The position numbers were made by a program, and so were the translations under genes. From the NCBI RefSeq assembly GCF_009914755.1, contig NC_060926.1: a DNA stretch of 64,000 bases. The stretch is one strand, 5' to 3'. The notes beneath the pieces were generated by a model, which was not told the origin of the DNA, made no database searches, and saw only the letters and a list, made by a program, of their open reading frames with translations. This stretch comes from the human T2T-CHM13v2.0 reference genome, Homo sapiens. This document shows, one piece after another, positions 28,209-41,985 of the stretch; within the stretch, counting starts at the first letter, position 1, and every line of letters starts with the position of its first letter.

Positions 28209-29959
28209 GCTCCCCCTCCCCGACCCCTACGCTGGGGGATGCTGCCAGCCATGCTCGTCCTCTTGAAGTGTGTCCGAGCCTTTAGAAACTGGGTCTCCCT
28301 GTGTGGGTGCTCCCCAGGGACAGAGATGGTGCATGGTACAGGCCTGGTGAGAGGAGGGCCTCTAGCCCCTCAGGACCAGGACCACTGCCTGGGCACTAAG
28401 CTGTCTTTGGCTAAGGGGCAGGAGGACGAAACAAGTACCTGTCACAGACTGTAAGGCCCTGGCATCCCTCGGAGGCTGCCTTGCTAATGGACAGCTGCAC
28501 AGGACTCCAGAAAGGTCCCTGGGTTGGCTGGTGACCTCTGCCCGTGGGTCCCCTCTCGGGAGAGCCCAGCACTGCAGCAATGCACACAGCCGCTGTAGTC
28601 AGATGCTGGCCAAAAACCCTCTGCCACTGGGAAGATATGGAGGCACCCATGTACCAGAGAACAGGGACAGTGACACTGTGTCCCATCAGAGTGCTCACAG
28701 CAGTGTCGCACAGCAGTGGCAGCCCTCACTGGGTCAGTGAGAGGACCCACCCTGGAGCACTCAGCATCTCATGACACTCAGGAATGGCTACCTTCCTCTC
28801 CTGCAGCTGGGCTGGGCTGCACTGGGGAGGGCGGGTGACTGAGCACCCACACACACTTGCAGGCCATCATCCCCTGGCTCTGTGGCAACCCATGGAACAT
28901 GGTCCCCAGGGCCTTCCTGGTGGCCCAGGGCAGTGCCTGTGATCTGTGTGGAATGCACAGGGTCAGTGTCATGCAGGAGGCAGCTCCCTGCTATGAGGGC
29001 CTCCTAAGCTCTCCATTCTGGATTCTCCAGCCTTTGCTGGCCTGACCCATTGCCTGCCTGGGTCCCCATTTGACCCACTTGCTGAAGGATGGGGGTTTGC
29101 TCCTGTCCTGGAACAGCCACACCAATCCCAATACCTGCCTTTTACCCACTTGGCTGAAACCTGACACCCCTCTACTTTGTAAGAATGATGTTCTCTGCTG
29201 GGAACGTTGCCAGCCCAGCTTCCAGGAAAGCAGAGTAACAAACCCCTCCTTGCTGGGCCTGGCTTCCCGATGGGCCTGCTTGGACAGTTTTAAAGCATGA
29301 CTTGGGAGGCCTGAACTTTTGCAGGGTTCAGGACGTGTGCCGACAAGCGGCCCTGCCTGGACTTGCGTGAGCTAAACCAACTGCTCAGACCTGCTCACCT
29401 TCCTGCCTGCCAGGAGGGAACAGAGGCAGAAGAGGAGGGGCCGAGCCCCTCCAACCGGGAGCCCTGGGGTCTGCAGTGGGCGGGAAGGAAGGAGGCTGTG
29501 GCAAGGGTTGGAGCCCGGCTGGCTGAGGCCCTTGTTCTCCAGGCAGAGCTGGAACCCACTCTCACTCTGGGGCCTACCTTCTCCCCGGCTTAGTGCCTGG
29601 GCAGAGCCTCTCCTTACGGGTGACATCACAACCCTCTCAACTCCCCCGGGAGACCATCTGCTCTGCCTGCCCTTGATCCTCTCAGGGGAGCTGAAGCATC
29701 ACACCTGGTGACAGCTGCTTCCAGCAGGCCACTCATTCAGCTGGACCTTGAGGAGGGTGGGCCAGCAGTCCCTCAGGACCTGCCCAGGTTCCCTGCACCA
29801 TCCTGGACTCCCTGGCGAGCCCACCTGCTCGCAGAGCAGCTGCGTTACCCTCCCAGAGGCAGGCACTGTGGCGGACATGAGCCACACGCCTGGCTCCCCC
29901 ACTCTGGGGAGTGACCTGCCTGCGACTTGTCACTGGGAGGAGTTTGGGGGAAATCCTGC

Positions 29960-30090
29960 AGGCACAGGCCTGTGTGTGAATCCCAGCTCTGCCACCGGTG
30001 ACCTTAGGTGATGAGTTATTTAGGCTCTTTGAGTCTCAGTTTACTCATCTGCAAAACAGCGCCCCTGACAGTGAGGCCTGAATGAGACTG
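29960..30090 (+). mobile_element. MIR SINE
   Basis: gaatcccagctctgccacc...gtgacctt...gagtctcagtttactcatctgcaaaa. Confidence 0.7.
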
Positions 30091-31494
30091 TCACAGCCCC
30101 TCCCTGCTCCCAGACTGCACCCTCGGGACAGGAATGCCCTCCTTTGTGCCTCCGCTCCTCAGCAGGGCTAGCACGCTGGTGTCACTCCACAGGACAGTGC
30201 CTTCCCTGGCTTTCCCTCCATCAACTGTGGTCGGGCTGGAGGACGTGGCCGCGCCGCTGCGAAGATTTCTCTGCCAGGGAATGTGGACCAGGATTCCAGG
30301 GAGAACGCAGCTGCACGCTCCACAGCCTGGCTCCCTGCTCCAGGACGACACCCCCACCCCACCCTGGCCACGATGACGCAAACAGAAAACCTCAGTGCTT
30401 ACAGATCCCGATCTCCCACGGTCACCAATGCTCTAGAGAGGTAAATATTTACACAGGAGCCTCTAAAGCTCATAACTCAGAGGGGAGATGCTCCCCCTGC
30501 CGCCTAGGGGCTGTAAACATTTGTTCCTGCAAGCCCTGCAGCAGAAGGCGCTTTCTAATTCTCAGGTGGATGGTGATGTGTAGGCCCTTCTGTCCCAAGC
30601 CAGTGGGGGCATGGCAGCAGGGGTACTGCAAATATGGGGCTGGGGTCACATGGGGTGGGGGCACATTCCAAGGCTGGGATGATGAGGGGGCTACCACCCC
30701 CATGCTCCTTTCTGAGGGGGTGCGAAAAGCTTTATCCATACAGCAGTGCCCCACAGGGACAGCCCTGGGTGCGCCCGCAGCAGACGGTGCCCAAGGGGCC
30801 TGGGGAGTGAGGGCAGGGCCAGGCACCAGGCTGGAGGCACAGACAGCAGTGTCGTCACTGTCATGGGGGGAGGCTGAGGCACAGGGTGTGGACATTCAGC
30901 TCTTTGGCCGGGCTTGGGGGGTGACACAGGCAGGCTTCCCTCTGGGAAACGCCCACCCAGATTTTCACTGGGAGTTGGGGTGGGGGGGTCCCTGTGACTT
31001 CAGAGCCGTGGGTTCCAGGCTCTGGTTTTAGGCGGTTTTAGTTGGGTTTCCTTCCAACTCAATCTCAAAGGGACTCCAACACATGCGGCAAAATCGCTGT
31101 GAGGGGCCCTGGCACGTGAGGAACTGTCTGCTTGTCTGGCCTTCCTGGGCTCAGGGCTGTGCAGGTGCCACCGTGGGCACTGCTGAGGATCTCCAGGGAA
31201 GGCCCTGGGGGGTGCACGCTGCAGGGAGGATGCTGGTCAGCTGCCATCTGTCCACCTGCTCACACTAACAAGCCCCCAGCTGAGCTCTCACCACCAGCAG
31301 GGTCCCATGGGGTTCAGAGGTCAGCAGGCATACCTCTTCTTGGCATGTGACTCAGCTGGAAGATGGGATGTACCTGGGCCAGCCTGGCCCTACCTGGTGC
31401 AGGCACCGGGATGCCACAGGCCCAAGTCCACACATGGAGAAATGATGAACAGGAGGAGAGAAGCGGGGAGCATGCTACCCATGGAACCTGGCAC

Positions 31495-32190
31495 CAGGAC
31501 ACATAAAGAACGCTTACGAACCAATACGCGAAGCACAAACAACCCTGTAGGGGAAAACAGGCCAAAGACGTGAACAGGTCGGTGGAAGAGACCTCACTGA
31601 CCGATAAACACATGGTAAGATGCTATCTCTCTGCCATGGGGAAACATGCACTAAGAGCACAGAGGTCCCATTTCCTGGCTCCTGGCCTGGCAGAAATGAG
31701 CCAAGAGTGCCCGCCCAAACAATCGGGAACCACGGGCACAGCATGGTGGTGAGGAGAACCTCCCTCTGACACACTCCTAGGGACACATAGGGACCATGAG
31801 CGAGCACCGTGGCCGCACCTGGACTGTGATGGCCAAAGTGAATTGCTCCCCGCAGCTGCATTAGAACCAAGCAGAGATCCGTCTGGACTACCTTGATGTT
31901 AAGTCCAGCAGTCAATGAATTAAACACGCATGTCAGGGACCAACAGGGATAAATCTCAAAACAAGGCTGAGTGAAGACGGCAAGTTGCAGAAGGTCAAGC
32001 AGAGTTTGATAAGGGTTCTGGAAAGTTAGTAACATCAAAACAGCACTGTGTATCATTTAAGGAATACACACATCTACAGCGAAAGCATAAACACAAGGGC
32101 AGGAAACATGTGAAACGCAGGACAGTGGTGCTGAGCGAGGCTGCAGGGAGGCAGGGGTGGGGTGGAGCACAGTGCATGGGGTCTTCACCT
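31495..32190 (+). mobile_element. Highly diverged L1ME-like 3' fragments
   Basis: cataaagaacgcttacgaaccaata...ggccaaagacgtgaacagg...ccgataaacacatggtaagatgct; ggataaatctcaaaacaaggctgagtgaagacggcaagttgcagaag. Confidence 0.6.
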
Positions 32191-32939
32191 GCGAGCCGCA
32201 CCCAGCTAAGCCTGCAGTGGGAACAGAGGTGAAACTCCACAAGGCTCCCCAGTTACACCCCTGGAGATACCATGTAGGGGGTGATAGCAGCTGGTGGGGT
32301 CTAGGGAAGGGAGGAACCACTGCATCCGAGGAACAAGGCCTGGGCCCTCAGCCAGGCGAGCCTCTGTGCAGGGCCAGCATCACGTGGCATCCACCCCTTC
32401 CTCCTCTTGACCCTGGGTTCCTCTTGGTTGGGTCTCGAGGTTCTCAGATGGCTGGGGGTGGGGTCAGGCTGCCACCCACAGGGTCTCACGACCTGGGCAC
32501 CAGGACAGATGTGCACAGTCTCTACATCCTGGCTGCTGGCCAGAGAGGGCCAGAGCTTTCTGGAGATCCTGGTAGAGACAGCCTTTTGTCAAATGGGCAC
32601 AGTCAGGAAGGCACTGGGTGGTCCCAAGGCCATAGCCCAAGGTGAGCAGGAGACCCCCACAGCCAAAACACAGCATGCTCCAGGTCATCACCTTGGAAGG
32701 CCAGTGATGACACTTGGTGATGTCCCAGATAACAGGACCCAACCTGCACAGACTTCAGCTGCTTTGAGGGAAGCTCCCTGCAAACCAACTAATTCATGGA
32801 GTGAGAACAAGAGCTGACTTCCTAGCTGGCTCTGGAGGTCTCTTCCCTGTCTCCAGGACAGATGGGTCAGATTCTAGCCTCTTATAGTACAGAGGCCACA
32901 GTGGAACTGTGGGTATAATTCCAACTGTCTACCTCCTGC

Positions 32940-33050
32940 ACAGGCACTATGAGTATGCCCATTTTACAGATGGGGAACCTGAGCTGCAGAAGCCTGTGAG
33001 ATGCAAAGCCAGGATTTGGCCCAGCTGGTCTGACTGCAAGCCTGGGGCCT
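32940..33050 (-). mobile_element. MIR fragment
   Basis: cccattttacagatggggaacctgag...gccaggatttggcccag. Confidence 0.65.
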
Positions 33051-36000
33051 CTCTTTTGCTCTGCTGACACCCCTGGTATGGTCCCGGGGTTTCCCAGCCC
33101 CGAGGTGGGTCTTGGCCAGCCTCACCTGCCCTCCTTGTTGCTGGGTTACCCATAGAACCTTCTGTCCTAGTTTGCTGTGGAGGGTGAAGGATAGTGTGGA
33201 GCTTACAGAGTGAACTCTCATCTCCTACCACTCCGTGAGGTGGGAAAAGAAAATGAGGTTGAATGTTCCCAACTTCTCCAGGCAGGAATGGGGCCAGAGC
33301 TAGAATGCAAACTGGGCTGGCCCCAGAGATGTCCACCTGATACAGCTTCTGAGCAGCGGCCTGGGCTGACCAGTGGAGAGCCCCTCCTAGGGAACAGCTG
33401 GGATCCTGGACAAGGACCAGGCCTGCCCCAGCAGGAGGCCCTGTCACAGGGAGATAACAGGCCCCTGCCCCTGCCCATGACCACCGGGGGCGGTCACCCA
33501 CGGCCACTGACCTCTGTGGCCTTCAAAGCTTCGTAAACAATTAACTCCAGAGTTTCAATCTCTCCAGTTTGTATCTTTCCAGACAATTAGTGATTTGCTC
33601 TGATGGCCCTCCTGTTGGGCCTTTTAACGTTCTCTGTGTAAATAATCCTAGGCAGCTGTGCTGGTCACGTGTGGCCTTCAAAGGCAGGCCAGGTGCAGGC
33701 TGTCGGGAGCTGCCTCTCACTGAAGCCCTGGCCCCGCGGTCAGTCTCCCCATGGCACGCGGACAGCTGCTGACGGCTCGCTCTCCAGATGAGGAACTGGG
33801 CCTGCACTAGGCTGCAGAATGCTAAGGGGTTATGAGTGGCCATGGCTCCCATAAGACATGGACACAGTCCGTGGCTGAGGGATCATGCGGTCACCACGGT
33901 CACAGTTAATAAGTCACTGGTTCCTCTACAGAACCAAATGGCAGACTGCCACCCCCCTTTTAGAGATGGGAAGACTGAGGCTCAGACAGGTATCTATCTG
34001 GGCCCATGAGACCCACCGGCTCCAGCCACAAGGTAGGAGGGGCTGCCCAGGGCACTCCTCTCTTCCTTGGACTCCCAGCAGAGCTTTCCAGAAGCCCACC
34101 CAACACACAGCCCAGGGCCTGAGCAGGCAGCTGAATCCCTATGGATTCCCTGCCCTCCACCGCAGCCTCAGCGCCTGGTCTGCACAGAGAGGACCCAAGA
34201 CCTCCCGAGGTGGCCCCGTGGAACTTGCGGCGTGTCACCCCCACAGGCATCCCCCCGCAGTGAGCTGGGCCCCAGCCCCAGCCCCAGACCACACGCTGTG
34301 TGAGTCAAGGAATCAAGGACCAACAGTGGGGTAGGTGTGAGGCCCCAAAGGTCCTGAGCCCTAGAGGGAGTTCAGGGCAGAGGCACCGCGGCAGCAGAAG
34401 GCCACAAGCTGGTGGGGACAGGTGCAAATCCTTAGCGCAGCTCCCAGCACCCACAGAGCTGGCTCAGGAGCAACTGGTGGCATGGAGGGGGAGAGCTGTC
34501 CTGGATGGTTTTTGCTCCATGGTCAAGGAAAACAGCCCCATCTTCACCACGGCTGGGGTAGGATGTGTGTGGTCTCTGGTGGCTGGACATCCTCCCTCTG
34601 CCCACCTGTGGATCCTAAATGTCCTCTAACAGCCTCCACCCTGGGTTGGGTGGTCTGGGATCAGCACTTGAACACTCCTGTGTGGGCGTGTACCTGCCAT
34701 GTTTTTCCAAAACAACATCCCTTGCAAGCTGGGGACTTGGGACAATGCCCTATCAGGAAAGGGGCACTTTCAGGAAAGGAACAAAGAGATTAGGCCACAA
34801 GTCCCACAGTCAGAAAGCAACTGGCCTGCTTGCAGGGGCCCCTCTCCACTCATGCCGTCCCATCTCCACTGCCCCCCCTTGCTGTGAGTGGCGGGGTCTC
34901 GCATGATGTGTCTGAAACCCAACTGTGCTTTCTGAGTGCTGCTTCCACTCCACACCCCGCTCATCCTGCAAAACCCTGTGTGTGGGAGGCTTTTCCACTC
35001 CCTCAGGGCACTGCAGCCCACACCTCTGGCTACCACCAGCTCACTGTCATTTGGCTGGAGCAACCTCATCCCCTAGGTCTAGGACTATTTTTTTCAGCAT
35101 AACATACCCCACCCAAACCCAAAACAGACAGCAAATCTTCACAGAGCCAACTGAGTTTCTGAGAAGGCAAGAACAGTCTTAAGAGATGAAAACCTTCTTG
35201 CAAACAAAATGTCACCTCACCTATAAATACTGCTGTGGAGTGGGCCTCAAGGAGAGGAGAGCAGGTGCCAGTGAGTGTCCAGGTGGCTGCAGAGAAGTGC
35301 CCGAAAAGTGCTGGCAGGGGATGGCCCGAGTCTGCCTCCCGCCTGAATCATGCAGCCCTTCCAGTGGGGCTCCCATCTGACTGGGCCCCACATGCTACCA
35401 CTCAGTAACTGCTCCCCAGAGCTCGGCTTCTCATGCTCTTCCCGCCTCAAACCCAAAGACCCACCACACGCTACCACCAAGTGGGGATTGAGCCCAGTCC
35501 TGCTGCCTCCGTGATGCTTGAGGTCTGACCTAGAAACACCCCACAGTCTTTCATAGAGGGGGTATGCAGCCCCACAAAATGCCACATGGGATGGTGATGG
35601 CACCCAGAGAGGGAAGCTGAGGGGTTGGGGAGACTCCTGGGTTTCCCATCTCCTCACCCTCCAGCATTCACTGGGGCAGAGCAAGGACACTGGAGCAGAG
35701 GGATGGCCTAGACCCACCTGCACCCACACAGGCTCACAGCACTGCCTCCTGCAGGGCTGATCCTCCCTGGGCCGGTGGTGGCATCGGTGGTGCAGGACCA
35801 GAGGAGTACCTGAAAACAGCCCAATCTTATGGGGGAGGTGGCAGAAGGGGTGGCCACACTGCGCCAGGAGCCAAGCACCGCCATGGGCAGTCTCTGCTGC
35901 CAGGGGCCGACTCTCAGGCAGCCTTGCCAGCACTACCTTTGCAGAGCCCAGAGCCCAGGCATGATGCCTGTCCTTCTGCTCTGAGTGAAGGCTGCCAGGT

Positions 36001-36722
36001 GTCTTCCAGTAAACGCAACGACACAGGCCTACATGTGAAACTGCCCATGTCTGCCCAGGTCTCAGAAGCCCTAGTGTTCTACATCTGGCTGGTCTGGGCC
36101 AGCGGCAATCGCCCCCACCTGCAGACAGCCTTCCATGCGCATGCAGGGGTTGCTGGGAGCAGAGGGCTGGGTGCGGCATACAGCCTTCAGGACAGACAGA
36201 CAGATGTCCACATGCTAGCTCCTGGCCCTCCAGGCTGAGGGACTGACACATTCTCCACCTTCTCTGGGGCCTGACTTCCTTGTGTGGAAAATGGGGCTGC
36301 TCTTCATATACTTGTCTTGGGGGAGTGTTGGGTCCAAACAAGATGACCCATTCCAAGTGCCTGCTAAGTGTGCAGGGGACAAGAGTCACCCTGCCAGCCT
36401 CTCTACATGCCCCCATGGCTTGTCACGCCTGTTCCTCATAGAGGCGGAATTCAGTCCCGCAAAATGCCACATGGGATGGTGATGGGCACCCAGAGAGGGT
36501 GCACCCCAGGCCCCTGGGAGCTGCACCCCTCTCTCAGCAGGGGTGAAACTCAGCCACCTGTGAGCAGGTGGCGACATGTGGGTGACTGGGCATGGCTGCT
36601 CCCAAGTGCCCTACATAGATGGGCCACCCCAAGGGTGTACTCATTGGGCAAGGCTTTGCAATAAAAACCATAAGATTAGCACTTTTCGGTGATTTAAGAG
36701 AATAAATTTAAAAAAAAATTCA

Positions 36723-37460
<738 letters not shown>

Positions 37461-40400
37461 TTTCCTCCCACTCATCTACCAAACAATCATTATAACCACA
37501 ACAAAGCGGGGTGTGAGAGCAAAAGCCTCCAACTCCCCGAAGGACGACAAGACCAGGCCCCTTCTCCTCCTCCCTCCTGGGCCCTGGAGGATGCCAGACC
37601 CAAGGTGGCCACTCCCCCGTGTGGCAGCCAGAACTCCTGCTGAGAAAGAAACCTGGATTCCCTGGCCCTAGGGACCAAGGTGGGCACTGCACTCTCTGGG
37701 ACTGGGCTCTCTGATCCAGGAGCAGGAGTCCCCAGGCCCCAGTTTTATGCGTGAAGTGCCTAGGACAGGAAGCTGTGGCTTGAAGACCACCAGAGCAGCA
37801 TGGCAGAAATGATCCCCCAAGCTAGAGGACCATCTAAAACGATCCTGTCACCCAACCATTCGTAAGTTTGCCTTATCATGTGTTTGCTTAAAAAAAAAAA
37901 AAAAGGATTTTTTATCTATTTTTAGTGAAAATCTAGGAGCATCTTGACCACAGATTCCCTTCTCATCTTAACCAAAGGCCTCTCTAGGCAATGTAGGCAC
38001 AGTGACACCCCCAGCCTGGTCCCCAGGTCCTGTTCATTGGCCCCAGTCACATGCTCTGGGTAACATCTGTCCCCATCACAGCAGATGAGGGTTTCTCCCT
38101 TGATCTCAAAGAAGAAAGCGATTATGAAGGTAAGGTGGAAACTGTCGCATGCCACAGAAACGAAGGCTCTCATCCAAGCCCACCCCTACCTGGTCTGCCC
38201 CACCAAGGAGTCCCCAGGTTCTCAGGGAACACCATGACACTCAAGACTGACTCCGTGAACCTGAGTCACAGGGAAAGGGCAGGGACAGAGCCCAGATCCT
38301 GCAGAGTCCAGGAAAAAAAAATTCCCATGGTGCCAGCATGAGGGCAGTGCCAAGGTGGCACGGTGTCAGATGGGACAGCAGTCGAGGCGCCTAAGGCAAC
38401 AGGGGAGCCTAGGAACAGAAAGCCAGGGAAGATTTCCTGGAGGAAGGGGCATCTGAGCAGACTGAAGGGAGGGGAGGAGCAGGCAGAAAAGTGGGAGAGG
38501 AGAGCAGGCACACCAGGTGGACGGCACACAGGTCCAGCACCAGGCGGATTTCTGGAGTCTGAGAAGGCTTCAGGATCACGGAGGGCAGGTCAAAGGCGAG
38601 GCTGCGGGCTCCTGCGCCATCCCTCCAGCAAGGAAGCACTGGTCTCTGCAGGGCAACGTCACAGAGGCTGCGAGCCCACTAAGGGCTCCAGAGAGGCCCT
38701 GGTGCAGAGAGGATGTGAGCTGGTCCCGGGTTCCCGGCCAAGGTGGCCCAGATGCCACACTTGGGCTCCAGATGCCCTCCGTGGCCCCAAATGAAGCCCA
38801 CATGATTTCAGGGACATTTCCAGGGTGGCCCGGGCAAGACCTTGACCATGCCTGTTCTTGCGTTGCCTTCAGGCAGACGGGAAGAGGAAGGAGGGAGGTT
38901 CTGGCTCTGGAGCACCATCTGGACCCTCTGAGTGACAGCGGAGTGTGGGGTGCTGAGACATTCTAACCGAGTGGTCCCTGGAATGGCTGGCCATTTGGCT
39001 GCTGCCTGGGGATGGCCACACCTCTTTAAGGCCAGCCAGCAAACGTCCTTCCAGTGGAGTCTTACAAGCACCCTGGCTGATGTCGGCAGATGAGGCAGCC
39101 CCCATGGTGAACACAGGACTAAACAGGGACCCGCCAATGCTCTGCTCACTCTTGTTCCTTTCTACCAAGGCAGCCAAGCACTAACAGCCACTAGAAGTTC
39201 CAAACCATATTCCAGGAAGACATCAAAAACCTGTCCATCTCCATGGATGCCCAGCTCAGAGCAGCCCAGGCTGATACTGTGCAATGGGGAGGCTGGCAGC
39301 CGGGAAGAGCCCCACCTCTCTTACGCGCACCACAGGCCCACTGAGACCCTCCCAAACCGCAGCAGGGAATGGGAGGGGCTTGGTGGAGAGGTTCCAGGAG
39401 CCAGCCTTGGGCAGGGAGGCAGGCAGAGATAGAAGGAAAAGAGGGTCTCAGTCCCCAGAGAACACGGAGATGGCAGTGCAGAGCCAGAGTGAAGACATCG
39501 CAGGAGGGCCAGGGTGACACCTGAGTCTCCTGACACCAAGCCCACTTAACATGAGGCACCCCAGCAGGGATGGGCACTGCCCCTGATAGAGAGTTGCTGG
39601 GTCCCTGGGCAGATGGGGGAAGTGCATCCCAACCGCCACAGCAGAGCAGCTTAGCCCAGCTCCAGCCTGGGCCAGAAGACTCAGGTGGCGGGGCAGCGCT
39701 CAGCAGGTGGACCTCAGTGCAGCTTGGCCCTGCGAGCACAAAGGCAAGATTACCTTGGCCTCCTGATGAAGCTCATTAAAAAAGCAATCTACCTAGTGCC
39801 TGCAACAGAACTGAAGGGAGTGGAGGCGGAGAAGAGGGACTCGGAGGGTGGGGTGCTGTCACCTGCCCGGTAGCACAACCCACTTCCAGAGTGGGTGGCA
39901 GAGGGGGCCTCCTGACGGCCCTGGAAGCCCCTCCCAACCCTGGCGCATGCTGCTGAGCTAGCAATTTCCAGGCTGGCAGCCCACCTCCGCCAGAGGCATC
40001 TGCGTTTTCCATTCTTGCTCCACACATGCTCCCTGGGCAGGGGGAGCCGGGCCTTCCTGGTGTAGCACCTGGGGCCCCATCGGCCCCACCTGGTCCTCCC
40101 ACTCTCATGGACAAACTCCAGAGAAAGGAGGCCAAGGCTCTTCACCCTGGGGACCCACAGGCGTGCGGGGCTGCAGGAAGAGCATCCTGGTTGCAATCTA
40201 GGGCTGAGGTGGCCTCTGCTGAGCAGGCTTGTTTCAAAAGCTCCGGCTTCTTGGCGGCCCGAAGCTTCCACGCAATCCTCTTAGGCTGCCGAGCTAAGTC
40301 CCTCTGGCAAAGGGGGTGACCCCCATCCTTGCACCCCCCACAGGTAGGGAGGCGTCTGTTGGTATTGGTCAGTGACCAACTCTGGGAGCCTACTGCTCTG

Positions 40401-40639
40401 ACTGGTGGAAGGGTGGGTGGGGGCATGGCTGTGGTCCCAGGCACAGCTGAGCCTAGCACAGAGAAGCTGGACCAGGGTTAGGGGGGCCCTGCAGCAGGAA
40501 CGTGCATCTGTGCAGAGCAGACTAAGTGCTGGGCCGGAAGCAATCCTTCAGGGGCCCTAGACAGGCAGCTCTGTGACCGCCAAGTGTAGAATGTGGCTGT
40601 AAGAGGCTCAGAACATCACCTCCCAGGCTGGGAGCTGCA

Positions 40640-40670
40640 GTGTGTGTGTGTGTGTGGGTGTGTGTGTGTA
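40640..40670 (+). repeat. Interrupted (GT)n microsatellite
   Basis: gtgtgtgtgtgtgtgtgggtgtgtgtgtgta. Confidence 0.9.
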
Positions 40671-41985
40671 CAGTTGGGGGAGGGGGGAGAAAGAAAAGTG
40701 GGAAGATGCCCCTCCAACTCTAGGACCCCAATTTCCTGACAGCCTGAGAAAGACCACAGAGCAAGGATTGAGGTCTGTGCAGGGGAGCAGTGTCTCGGAC
40801 TCTGCTCAGCTCCAGGCTGGCTGGACCTTCCAGGCTCCCCAGGCACACCTGAGAGCCTACAGCCTCTGGACCCAAGAGTGCCAGCCAACACGCCTACAAC
40901 CGCCCAGCCTCCTACCACCAGCCTGTCTGCAAATTCAGTCCTAAGGCAAATTTGGAAGAGAAACAAAAGGCAGACAAGAAGCCCTGCTCCTGGCCCTTCC
41001 CAGCCCAGACTTTGGGGAGAAAGGCCCCGCAGGGCATCCCTGCAGGACGAATGGGCACCAACAGGAACAGGAGGAAAATAACCCCAACTTTAACTGCTGG
41101 AAACCCAGCAGCACCCCAGGTTCCCCTACAAACGGCTTCCCAGAAGAGCTGCCCCGGCACCCCTCCCATGCTCTGTGTCCTCACGCAGCTCAGCTCTGAC
41201 ATGGGGCTGGGGGACCCCAGAGAAGGGGTGTGGCAGCACAGGTTCCCTGGACCAGCTCAACTACCCCCAACCTGGCTGGTAGCTTCCTGGGGAAGGTGGT
41301 CCCCCATCGGGTGGCTTTTGTTCCTCTCTCCAGGCAAGCCTGTGCCTGGAAGAATTCGGCTGGCAGGCCCCACTGGGAGGACAGGCGGTACTGCCTCCTC
41401 CCCGCCCCCAGCCCCAGGTCAACAGGGCCTTTGTTCTACCTGCACACACCGGCAGGCAGGCGGGCAGAGCCAGCCCCCTTCCCTGGCAGCTCCCCCACCC
41501 TCTGAAGGCAGGCACTCCAGGCACAGGGGCGGCACCTCACTACTCTCACTTCCACTTTTGGGACCACAGCACCGAAGCGGCACGGGGAAGCCAACACTCC
41601 AGGTAGGCCACGCACACACCCAGAAGCCCGCGTCCCCAAGTCCGGCGGGCCAGACCTCACGGCGCACAGCAGGTAAGGTGGCCCGAGGGCAGCGGGCGGG
41701 GACCCTGGAGAAAACCCGGGCGCTGCGCAGTCAAGCCGGCAGTAGGGCAGCACAAGGCAAGGAAGAGAGTGAGAGCGAGGTCAGAAAGCGCGGTGACAGC
41801 CGGCTCACCCAGAGGAGCTGGGAGCCTCGGGCGCTCGGCAGGTCGGGAGGGGTGCCGGCGAGTGGGGGCCCCCAAGAGGGCAGAAGGGGGTAGGGAAGGC
41901 AGGGCCGACCCAGTACAGCACGGCGGGCATACGGCCCGGCCTCGGGGGCGCAGCTGCGCGAGGATCCCGCCGCCCGGGCGCTCAC

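Noticed and set aside
30144-31031. 295-aa plus-strand ORF
   Set aside because: Non-ATG start, random-looking peptide, no homology recognised.
35247-36416. 389-aa minus-strand intronic ORF
   Set aside because: No domain or family resemblance, and composition is typical of GC-rich non-coding DNA. It is not the HS6ST1 C-terminal exon.
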